Shown here: positions 37,701 to 49,101 of the stretch, piece by piece
Layout: every line of letters begins with the position of its first letter
Numbering within the stretch: the first letter of the stretch is position 1
Assembly: GCA_965649825.1 (NCBI GenBank)
Contig: OZ287700.1
Span: forward strand, 62,001-126,000
Length of the DNA stretch: 64,000 nt
From: Penicillus capitatus
Taxonomy: Eukaryota > Plantae > Chlorophyta
Direction: 5' to 3'
Position numbers and translations under genes: made by a program
The notes under the pieces: generated by a model
The model's database searches: none
What the model was told of the DNA's origin: nothing
The model's input: the letters and a program-made list of their open reading frames with translations, nothing else

Positions 37701-38820
37701 CGCAAGGATTGGAAGGTCCATGACGTGCACTGTCAACGCTGTCCTCATTCACGACATTCAGCTCGAATACAGAATCCGGTACACAAGGGGTCTCTCCATT
37801 CTGTACACGCGTCCTAGAGCAGTTCGCCCGTCAATGGATATCCTTCCATTGCGCTTTGGGCCACATACACAGTATCCGATCTTAGCTTCGTGACACTGGT
37901 TGTCAGGCTTCTCGTTGAACGTCTCTTGTGTGGAGGTGTCTTGAGTGTCGATGATGCAAGAGAGATCGAATCCACCGCACCAAACCGTAGCCTCCAGATA
38001 GAAATGGCCGACTACAGATCCACAGACATCGGATGAAACAGGTATCCTTCTTCGATGATCAGATTCATCCACCGCATTCTGTGAGATGACAAGGGGAAGC
38101 TCTGTCGATGACCACACAATGCCGCCAGGGAATGTCTCCTCCCCTGGTTTGTTGAAAAACTCAACAATCATCATGTCTTCATTCAATTTCCTCATATAAT
38201 AAAACTTGAAACTCGACTGGGAACACAACGGAGGACCTCAGGTGAGAATCGGCGCTCCGTTTCTTGCCTGTATCAAGAGTCCATAAGGCAGTGGCCAAAT
38301 AGCAGTGATTTCATCTTCTTCGGGGAGAGGATAGTCGTAGGGGCTATCGCCGGGGACGTAGAAGGAGAGACGCGACGGCAAGAACGTGCAGAGGCAGCGA
38401 TTCGGCATGTAGACCCACTTCACCTAAAACGCACGTCGCTTCGACGACCTCGACGTTCGCGCAGCGCCTTACATCGTTCACTTCTTCGCAGTATGTAAAC
38501 TGCCGTTTGGTGACACCCTCGGCCGACCAGATCACTCTAGGCACACATCGTTGCTCTCGTTCGCTGCGACGTGTGGCGGAGTGGACTTGTTGTCTTTGAT
38601 GACAATCTCCTCTTCGTAGGCATTATCGCCGAGTATCTCTGAATAACCGCTGAATATAAAGTTCCGAGGCTGGAGACACGTAAGTGAATATGTCAAGCAG
38701 AGACGGCAGACAACGCCGTGTTACTTGTGCATCGACGTCTGTCCGTTCGTAGACTGTTCCATTGTGAGGAACGCGTTGAACGCGATGTAGCTTTGGCCAG
38801 TCGCGATTGTCGTAAGACAT
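31747..38820 (-). CDS. APC1: Anaphase-promoting complex subunit 1 (many exons)
   Basis: N-terminal VIWS..G..KRQFT. PC repeats REGYALAAGFAIGLINLG, TGPAATFALSLMYLKT and YGDYMAITMATGFVFLGGG. C-terminal region contains YVLAAEDRGLSAIDVDSG and GTPCLLPE. The start at 38820 is inferred from splice joins. Confidence 0.88.
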
Positions 38821-38943
38821 CTTTCGACCAAAACGGAAACGATCCCGCCAAAAACCAATTCGCTGAAATAGATGTCGCGACGTTTGAAGCATGATGACAC
38901 CGAGATGGTCCCATTTCGCTGATGATGTCCTCAATTGGACCTC

Positions 38944-40084
38944 TTACAGAATTTTGGTGAGAACCTCGCCCACTTGCTCTCCTGCCAGGAGAGGCGGATA
39001 GCGCTTCAGGGTCTCATGCGTTTCGAACCTGCCGAGAGGAGAGAGGACAACATCTGATGCCACATGACCAAACAGCGTCGAACTCACACGCCATGTGCAC
39101 TTTCCTGTGCCTTCATGCTGCTGCAGTGTTGCCAAGGTGCCTTCAGATATGACAACCTCGTGCAGTCCTGCCTGAATGTAGCCACCTATGTGGATGGACA
39201 CCGTTTGCCGTGTCATGCATAGAGACGGTCTGCACCTGTGAGCCGTTCCAGTTGCATACCGGACTGGATCAGAATGCAGCCATCAGGAATCTTCACAGGA
39301 ATGCGTGTGCCATCGCGTAACCAAATGAACAGTCCTGGGAAACGCGATTTGCCATGGGCAGTGAGGAGGTTCAGATCTGTATGAAATCCAGCAATGCAGG
39401 TGTTCAATGCTCGGTGCTGTGAAACATCGATGCCTGTCGGTGCCAGAATATGAGGCCCATACAGCATGCGTTTTGTCAGTTCTTCTTCATCTGCCCATCC
39501 CAATCCCACACTAGACATACCATCATCCAATGCTCACATAGTCACTCCATGAAACGCGTGTGGTGGTGCCTGAGCAATCTGCAGACGATAAGGATCGTGT
39601 CGAGCAGTTTCTTTCCCCAATTGTTCATGATCGTCTCCCATTCGTCAAGATCTTCTGGAATCACTGGCTCGGCATTGAGCTCGTAGAAATTGGTCTTCTC
39701 TGGTCGCGGTCCAATTCTCCACATGTATCTGCATTTTGGATCGGGCCCTTCTGGAAATCTGGGCTGGTGTTCGGCAGCGAGATGTCGCAGATTGTCCACT
39801 TTCTTCTTGTCTCTGAGGGACTCTGGCTTCTCAATGCCTCCTGGCATCCATCCCACCTGATATCGCAGTTCAGGGTGCGCGTGCTGTATCTTCTTGGACA
39901 TCGGTTGTGTAAAATAGCGCTCCATAAGGTCCAGGAATCGATTATTGTCGTGTACAGAGACCCGTGGATCTCGCACTATCAAGCAGCTCGTTTCGTGAAG
40001 GCATTGCGCAAGGCGTTTGCAGAAATCGGCGTCCCGCTCGCCGTTCCGGACAGCAGCTGTCAGATCAAAGACCTCAACATCCAT
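38944..40084 (-). CDS. 2-oxoglutarate/Fe(II)-dependent oxygenase (IPNS-like fold)
   Basis: Fe ligands are GFHTD (HxD) and GLHEVV, and the 2OG-binding Arg is in WRVSS. Also YQVGWMP and SRFPGLFIW. Confidence 0.85.
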
Positions 40085-40098
40085 CCCGCTCAAATGAA

Positions 40099-40551
40099 AT
40101 GGTCGTCCGCATTCGATTGGCGCGTTTTGGCAGAAAGGTGCCACGCTGTCTTTGAGAAATCTCTCCTGCTAACGACTGTCTTGCCCCGACAGAACTATCA
40201 ATTCTTTAAGATCTTTGTCGCAGATTCTCGGTCCAAGCGCGACGGTCGTCACCTCGAATGTCTTGGACACTATGATCCGGCTCCAGGTGTCAAAAAACGA
40301 CTGACGGATTTGCACCGCTTTCGGCGGAAATGCCTCTTTTCGTAGGAGTGGATGGAAATCGCTACGTCAGTTTGAATTTCGAGAGGATTAAGTATTGGAT
40401 TTCGGTCGGTGCTCAGCCAACAGAGACAGTCAGTCAGCTGTTGGGACAGGCGGGTGTGATGCCGTGGGCACCTGAGAAACCTTCAAGGTACAAACGACGC
40501 ATCTTGGCACCGAATGTCGACATTCCGGATGGAAAGAAAGAAAAAGAGTGA
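40099..40551 (+). CDS. rps16: Organellar ribosomal protein S16 (nuclear-encoded, spliced)
   Basis: MVVRIRLARFGRK / FFKIFVADSRSKRDGRHLECLGHYDP / VSLNFERIKYWISVGAQPTETV. Confidence 0.93.
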
Positions 40552-40612
40552 TGCTCGATCCGGGCAAAAGCGAATAATTCTCAGATACTTGGTTTAAACG
40601 AGAGCATTCCTT

Positions 40613-42167
40613 TCACATCTTTCTTCTGTGCCGAGAAGGACAAACCTTCGCTACACGAATGCGCTCTCCGCTTTTCTCAAATATTGACAGAAGTGGTAAA
40701 CAGTGAGATTTTTCAAAAATGCTTGCCGACAAGAGATCGAGCAGCATTTGCAAGTTATCGCGTTCATCAAAATCCACAACGTCTTCACAGACACCCATAC
40801 TTTCTTGTGCTCATAAGAGGACCGACATCAAAGAAAGGACAAGTCCATCGATGAATGTTGGATAGGTACAAAAATAGAGAATGTACAAGATGTCTCTTAT
40901 TCCACTGCTTACTGTACAAGACTGCTCACTACTGTCTCTCTTTGCACTTGTCTTTGGCACGTATGCGCTTCGAAACGATCTCCAAGGCCCGATAAGCAGA
41001 TGCATCCTCATGGAATTCGCTTTCAGAGAGACAATCGTCCAAGCAATCATCCTCCCCAATAGCAAAGCTCCTTGTCCCGATCAGCCTGAGAAACCATCAT
41101 GCCAAGACCATACGATCGCGACAATAGACCTACCTTTCGTATGGGAGAGCTCCTTCTTCACGCTTAGCTCCATTCTCCAGCTCCCCTCCAAAATGCATGG
41201 ACGTTCTCGGAGACCATTCTTCAAAACATCCAGATGAACGTCTTCGATGTCGCCATCTTTTCGGACGACGCAAATCAGCACTCTTCGTCAAGATCGCAAA
41301 TCGAGTGTCTGTTTCCTGTTGGAGGCTAAACAGAATGGGCATGCATTTGTTTCGATGCTTCCGCTCACTGAATTCTCGTGCTTCTCGTTCGAGAGGCGTC
41401 CTCTGCAGCTGCTTCAATTCTGATGGGGACAAATAACTCATGATTCGGTGACCTGCGATGCGAAACACCAGAGAGATCTTATTCTTCAATGCTTGGAACT
41501 CCGCTGGACCAGCACTAGGATGTGCCAGACAGAAATCGAAGACGGCTCCTGGGCGGGCACTACGACAGGAATGCATGATTTCCTCTACTCGATCCAATAC
41601 AGCAAAACGTCGAATCACGTCCGGCAGTCGAGTGCGCTTTCCTTTGCCCTTTTTCAGATAGTCTCCCAGAATAAAACACCAAAGCAGCTTGTTTCTCTTA
41701 ATCCATCTCTCCTGACTCACATGGAGTCTCTCCAACAAAAGGAGCACCTTTCTCGATGGCCACGAATTCGGGTAGCAGACCCAACCGCTTCCTGATCCGA
41801 TTTTGGACAGATGGTTCTCCCATTGCTGCTTTGATTTCTTTTCCATTTTGTCCTTATTGCATCCGCCCATGTATTTCACCTCTGCCAGCTGGAACACCAT
41901 TGATGGCAGCACTTTTGGGTATGAGTTCAGGTGATTCAAATCCTTTCTCGTGCAGTGGTATGTCTTCAAGGCTGTTTGTTGCGTCACCCGGCGGCGCAGT
42001 CTATCGGGGTCTGCTCGAACACAACAGTCCATGCAACAGATCGTGAGCTTCACACCATCGCAGCAGCCCGTCACTTCTCTACCGCACAGAACGCACTCTT
42101 CCATATCCATGCCATCGGTATTGTCGACGCAACGCGATAGCGACATATTCAGTCCAGGTATAGACAC
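40613..42167 (-). CDS. Hypothetical protein with Cys-rich N-terminus
   Basis: A 345-aa ORF (CVLC..GCC..CCMDCC, TALKTYHCTRKDL) plus probable downstream exons. No family recognised. Confidence 0.45.
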
Positions 42168-42542
42168 ATCACCAGTCGAGCTTCCTTCTGTATGGTCACA
42201 TCACGTCGTACATCAATGGAAACGGACACCAGGATCACGCACTGGGAGATAGGGTCGGACGACTCCTGAGATCCATCCGTATGCTGACACGTCACAAGTC
42301 AATCTGACAGCGTGGCAGCAGTTCGCAAAGCTATTGGCTCAACACTGTACTGTATTTCTCAATTGTTGGACATAGAGGGACAGCTGTTCTGTCACATCGG
42401 CGATGGAAAAACATCGAACGAACGGTTTATATGTGCTGTGAACGAAACCTCTCCTAAAACGATTTACGCAAGTAGCACGAGTCGTAGAAGCATATTTTTC
42501 GTCGCATTAAGCCACAGCTGGCGAAACTCCGTTCAGAGAATC

Positions 42543-45500
42543 ATGTTGCACCTACAGGACTCCCTCCGTAGAACTCTAGAAAACCGCCGGTCGACAAAAT
42601 GCGAGGCACGACAGACCATGAACGTCATAGGTATGGCAGTCGTTTTTATTACATCCATATAGCAGTGCAAAACAGAGGGTATCGGTTCTTCCAACGGCGT
42701 AAACTATGCATACACCCTTAATAGTTCTCCCTGGCACGCGTCTTACGAGGTATGACGCTCATGCGCGTGGTGTATCATATGAACAGCTGTGCTGTCATCA
42801 GTGGCGAGTGCACCGATCTCTTCTCGACCAGAGTTGCAAGATTCACACGAATAGGTTTTCTGTCGGGGGTGTCTTCTGGTAAGGTCACATATGGCGGTTC
42901 CGAACTCTCCGAACGCGACGCGCTGTTCGAAGGAGGGTCTATTTGACGCATCTCGACAGTGAGCAAGTCGTCGTTAAACTGAAGTCGTGGAACTGGGGAC
43001 GCGTGAATGCTCACTATGCCTTCACTCTTGTCAACCATGCGAATTGTATGGAAAACCTGTGCAGAAGTACAGATGCTTAGATCCCGCGGCCGTCTATTAT
43101 TGACATGCTGCATGTGCAGGTGGGTTAGGTGATTTTTTATTGACGAGCTGTAAAGAAGTCGGCCCCCTCATGAAATCCTCCGAGATCAAGGATCCGCTCT
43201 CGGGATTTCTGAAGGATGATATGTTAACTCTTCGAATGGATCTGAGAATTAGACGTCGCATCAACGAGCACTTCTCCTTGAGTATGACTGGACGGGCACT
43301 GACATGTAAAGTACGTCATGAGGTGTTCTGTCTGATCCGATGTGGATTCTCGGAGTGTATTAGTGGAGCCTCAAGCATGCATGGGAAATGTGTCCATCTT
43401 CAATGTGCACAGATGTTTTCAAGATTGAAGACAGAGAGATGTGAGCAGTCGGCCAGCTCCTCTTTCTTTGACATCGACACTACTGTTGGTTATGTTCGTG
43501 CAGGCAGCTGGAATTTCAAGAGGAGAGATCGTCTGGTGTGAAGAAAGGAGTGAGTGTTCTGCTTAGAAATCTTAGTCATCTGCCCGTTCACGTACGGGGA
43601 GAGCTGCATATGCGCAACCGTCGTGACTCTGGTGCGTCTTTTCTGTGACTTGTCTCGATTCTGATGATTCCTTCGATGAAGAATTGGTCGAGAGAATTGA
43701 TGCTGGAAGTGCCAAAGGCTGGATACAGATTCTGAAAGAGCAGGATTTTGTAGATGGATGCTCTGCAAAAGATGGTTGGCTGACTCTTACAACGAACGTT
43801 ACCTTACTGACGCCAAAAGACTTTGAGAACACAACGGTTCTTATTCCAAAGCACCTGTCGTCTGACGTGATTCCGAAGACCGATGTACAACACCCACGAC
43901 TGACTATTGAAAGTGCGTCATCCTTGTCATACCGCCACAAAGCAACGCCCATGTATCCAATGGTAGAGGGAAATGCGGTAACTGACGGTATCAAGCATGC
44001 ACATATGATCATGAGGAACAAGTGGTGTGCATCGTACAAGGCAAGCTCCTTTCAAAGCTCCATCGTCAGGTGATAGATGTGTACATAGTGGTTTGTGCAT
44101 CGATCATTGCTGGAAATGACGAACAAGGCAATCTTCACGAATCCATTTGCTGTAGAGGAGACGCAATGGTGCGCACAGGGCCTTTTCGCATCCTCGATGT
44201 CGACGATTTTTCAGGTCTATCGAAATGGGGCCATCCAGAGATGGAACCCTGGAATGTTGCCTTTGTTCCAAAAATGAAACTCCAGTTGCTGTTCAGTTCG
44301 AATGGACTCTAGTAAACTTCGCCGATGCTGCGAAGAGCATCGGTAGAGGTACTGCAGTGTGGTTAGCACACAGTGTCTTCAAGTACTGCTATCCCTTAGG
44401 GAATTGTCACACGTTTTTTCATGCTGACGATCGTTTGGGGTTTTCTTTCCTTCCTTGTGTTGACATCGAATCATTCGATTCTGGATATGTACAAGATGAA
44501 TACGTGCTGGCGCGTCTCGATCTGAGGCTCAAGAAAGAAGACAATGAATCGTGTCAGATCTTTGTCGATGACAATTCGGCCACATGCGAGGTAATGGTTG
44601 TACTCGACGATTCCCGTGTTCTTATATGGGGTGCGCTCCAGTGGAAGCTGAGGTCTGTAGGAGACACACATCCACCTTACTTAAGAACAGACACATTCAC
44701 ATTTGGAGACGCTCAATTGTGAGCATCTGTCTCGAAATTGTCTCCTCTTGAACTGTTGTGGACACGCAGGCAGCTGTTTCTCCGCCCGAAAAACGCAGAT
44801 GGTTCAGGACCCTTAGAAATCTTCGTCTCTAATCTTCATTGCGAGCTCGTGAGAATGAAAGGCAATGTCCGTGTGATCTGTCATTCCGGTACGATGGAAG
44901 ACGATCGCGTCAAAGGTCAAGCCGGTTTCCATTTCCCTCTCAAGTCAAATCTCGTCGCCGTAGATTTTCATTGCATCGTGTCACCGAAGAGTTCCTACGG
45001 ATCTGGAATCTTTATGGATCTAGACGAATTGAAGGACGGACTTGCGGGTTTCGTTAAAGACGGTTGGATATTTTTAGCAATACAGATCACACAGTTAACA
45101 GAGCTGGAATTCGAGGACATGTCTTCGACCGCATCCCAATTGCCCAATAAGATGCTCTGTTCCACAGAGCCTCCCATTCTTGATGATTTGATGCGCGTTG
45201 AAGGTGCCTCCCTTGTCCACGACATTATTGGATGTATCATTCTTGTTGTGCAGAGGGAAACGGCGCGTCTGATGGATCAGCGTATACGTTTGTCTTGAAC
45301 ACGTACAAGTACTATGCAACCTACGAGGTGCATTCCGTGAAGTGTGATGATCTCCATCTCACACAAACGGCGGCGTGTTTGTTGACAGTGCTGTGTGGAT
45401 CGATCGTTTTTGGACAAGGCGAACAGCCAGATTGAAACGGATGTATTCGGGCTGGGCGATAGAAAGTGGTGCGATCCGAAAAGCAACAAAGCGTTTCCTG

Positions 45501-46491
45501 ATCGTTGTCGTTTTAGGAAAATCGCTCTGGTACACAAGGAAGATGGACAACTGAAGGCATTGCTGTGTTACGAAGGAGAGGGAGTGACATCAGCCCATTT
45601 TTCTTTTGTAGTTGTAAACGGTGTTGACAGCAAGAATGATTTGGTTTTAGGTAACCACTCCGTCTGGGACAGATTTGCTTTAATAGGTCTCTGAACGTTC
45701 TAGGAGATTTTCGTAGTTTTTCATCTGAAGCCCTGCAGGATAAATGGGGGTTTGACCTATGCCCTGTTGCCACAATAAAGGATCCACCACTTGGGTTTTT
45801 GCGAGATGACCGATTCACGGTGCGTCTGGAACTCAGGCTAAAACTTCCGGAGAATGAGATATGGGGAACATCCATCACTCAGAAGACGGCCAGATGCACC
45901 GTACACGCAGAACCTCTTCTTCACTAGAGATAGCGTGATGGTCGCTGTCTTCTAGTGGATGTTAAAAGACTTGAAGGACTTGAGTCCGCTGTTGCTGAAA
46001 TCTGAGATCTTCAAGATTGACGGTACTGAATGGTGCGTCTAGCTCCCATTGTGTTCTGGCTCTTAAGTCTCGAGTCTCTGTAGGAGGTTGCGCCTCTGTC
46101 CGAATGGTGAGACATCAGATTCGGACAGCCTGGAAATGTACCTGATCAACAAACAGAACTATCCCATTCGTGCAAGGATTGGATTCTGTGCAGTGAACCA
46201 CAAGTCATCGGCAACTTCAGGGGACAAAATTCGAGGTCCGTGCCATTCGATGCCCCTCTGCTGCTGAATCTTGTCTTCCTCACAGGCTTCACTAAGGTCA
46301 TTGATGCCCATAGTGGATGGGGTGTTGGTAAATTTGTAGAAAGCGACGAAATGGTAGATGAGTCCCTTGGCTTTGTGGACAAAGGCTGGATCTCGATCGC
46401 AGCAAAGATTACTGTCCTTGAAGATGAGATTCCACAGAGTGTCTTCAGCAAGAGTGCCCCGATGTGCTCTGCCCTTCGTGGCACCAAGTAA
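42543..46491 (+). CDS. Multi-MATH (TRAF-like) domain protein, about 5-6 tandem MATH domains, many introns
   Basis: Repeated MATH hallmarks: AHYAFTLVNH, QFEWTLVN, AHFSFVVVN, IGFCAVNH. C-terminal strands DPLSGFLKDDMLTLRMDL, SGYVQDEYVLARLDL, GFVKDGWIFLAIQI, DPPLGFLRDDRFTVRLEL and GWGVGKF...GFVDKGWISIAAKI. The 5' end is approximate. Confidence 0.8.
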
Positions 46492-47882
46492 CCACACCCA
46501 TCTCCATTTCTCCCTGCGATATGGTGTTGCGGTTTTCTCACCAGCGAACACCTGTGCTGCCGTACCTCATCTGCCAAGCTACCTCAAGAATCGCTAGATG
46601 TCGATCCGGCAATGAAGGACCCGGAATGTCAAGAGATAGCTGATGGTGTTGCGGTGCATTCCACTTCTGTGGAGAATGAAGACCTTGAACTGTGGAGATG
46701 CCAGAGCACCATGGCACCGATTCTCGTGGACGATGGTCCAAACTGAGGACCAGTCAGCCTGTTGAACAGAACGCCACACGCATATCGAAAATGCGTTGTG
46801 ATCTTTTCGTCGCAGTGTTTGTTTTTTTATAGTTGAATCATTCATCGAAGACTGACGAATTGACTGGACGTGTCTCAGAGAGAACAACGAACGTGCGGAT
46901 CTTTCATTGCATTGTTCGCAAGAATGACTTACTTGAAAGAAGGGGTTCATTCTTCTTACACCATAGTTGGCGGGGGTGCTTTAAAACGATTCATCATCGT
47001 TGCCTCTGTGCTTATTAGAAATGTTCAGTCGACGCTGTTTTTAAGGGCACTATTTCATTGCTTGCCCGGCACCGCATCCATTCTGTATCCACTACGAGCG
47101 CTTTGAATGAACAACTTCCAGACGCCATCCATTTCAGGTACTCAAACAAGAGAAGGTGAATGGCATCGGATTCCAGTCTCTCAACGGATGCCGTTTTGCC
47201 GAATGTCACCAGTGCTTCTGCAGGTGGTGAGTTAGATCGCCTGGTAAGAATCCATTGCTGAGAAATGAACAATAGAGCAGATATTTCTGAGCGAATATGC
47301 GCTTGTTTGGTGCGCATGGCGTGCGTTTGCATAATATTGTGCGACAAATGGTACAGTGAAAGGTCTCTAAACAGACCTGATCAGCGTTTTTCCACAGGTG
47401 TGCTTACTGCTTGAGCGACTCTTCAATACAAATAACAATTTTGCACTGGAACGGATGCACAGTGAGAAACTTCATCACATGAATCTCTCCCCAGTTTCGA
47501 AACCGTCTGTCGAGAGCGAGGCTGCGACATAATAAACTCTGAATAAGGCCGAACTCACTGACTGCTCTTTCACCAATACGCAACATCCCTTAGCAAGAAT
47601 ACGACGCACGAGCAAAGAACGACACATCCAGAACGCAAACCATCCGATCGGAGCAGAAAATTGAATTCGTAACGCAGACTTGAGTTGCAAGGACATCCAA
47701 CCACACTGCATTGCAGCGCATACCAATCGAAAACATGACCATCAGGTAGGCAGCAGGTATCTGACAGAATCTGACGTATCATACATACACTGGAAATGGA
47801 TACACTTTTTAGCCAAGCATCCGTTTCTTAGTGACCAGGCCAACGAAATCGATGTCCGTTCTCTCGCAGAATAAAATCCTTG

Positions 47883-48783
47883 TCAAATTGAACAAAAGAG
47901 AGACGTATTTTCCGGCACTCGTTTTGCAACAGAGAGTCTCTTCTCAAAGGCGTACAGCTCCGTTAAACAAGCACGACGCTCTCTGTCCGCAAAACGCGAG
48001 TCTGGTTTTCTCCGAACGGCAACGACGGTATCGAATAGAGACGAAACACCGGTTTCCTTTTCGTGGCTTGGCGAATGCGCTGACCTCGCAGGCAACTTAC
48101 TGCGGTCACGTTGCGTATGGAACAGACCCCTTTGCATGTCATATCTCTCTTTTCCTGCAGAAAGACAGAAACCCATGTCTCCAGGCAATATCCGATGGTA
48201 CGAGCTACTGATTTTGCGTTCTCTTTTGAGATCTTCTTCCTTCCACTGTAGATCGCGTTGGGTACATCCTCTCAAGCATAAGAGATGCGATTGCAGGATG
48301 CCTTTGTCGTTTTCGTAGAAGGACATTCCGTGCCACACAGGACTCACGAGAGCGACGTCGGCCGTTGTCGATGAACGCGTCTTTGTCACAAACGCATTGC
48401 CATGCAGACGCTGAAGGCGAACAGAGATTTTGACGGCTGGATGCGATAAACGGCATACTTTATTGGAGCTTTCGGCATCGCCAACTTCAGTACGTTGGCC
48501 TCGTCGGAACGTGTTTAGGAAAAAGCCAAGGCCTTGATCCGATGCGCCTTCGACTAGACAATCTTCGTAGGCGTGCTTCGCCAGAGTCATTCAAAACAAC
48601 GCTCTTGTGCGTTTCGGGTGAAGGACGAGAACTTGTCGCGAATTCCGAGACTCGTGTCGCGTTTATTGGATGCATCGTCGTCACGGATTTCACCCGACGT
48701 CTATCTCGGTGGTAGCTAAAAAGGCGACGAGCCGCGTGTATCGGAGTCCGCGTTCGCGACGTATTCATCGATTCGCATTCCAT
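47883..48783 (-). CDS. Possible hypothetical protein
   Basis: A 235-aa ORF (47883-48590) and an overlapping upstream ORF. No motif recognised, so it could be spurious. Confidence 0.3.
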
Positions 48784-49101
48784 GCATGCACTCCTTAAAA
48801 CAAAGAGAGAGTCGACAATGACTGATGATGGACAATACCTTCAGCATTCCGAAACTCAAGAAATCTGTTTCTCTCAAGGAAGCCACTTGAGTGGCGCATG
48901 ATGGAATCTAGTGCCAAAAACCCTTGTATCGACTCTGCTGTCGATACTGAATCACTCTCTGTTTCGTAATTCAGTTTTTGCTGCCCCAACAATAAAAGAA
49001 ATCCACACACTGATGCAAAAAAGGATACCAGACATCGATGCTGGTGAAGTGTGTGCGTTCGCTTCGAAGTGTTCAGACGAAATCAAAAAGAAATAGAAGA
49101 C

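Noticed and set aside
46600-47800. Possible spliced plus-strand gene downstream of the MATH gene; likewise 51500-52500
   Set aside because: Some exon-like stretches exist, but I could not assemble a coherent model or recognise a family.
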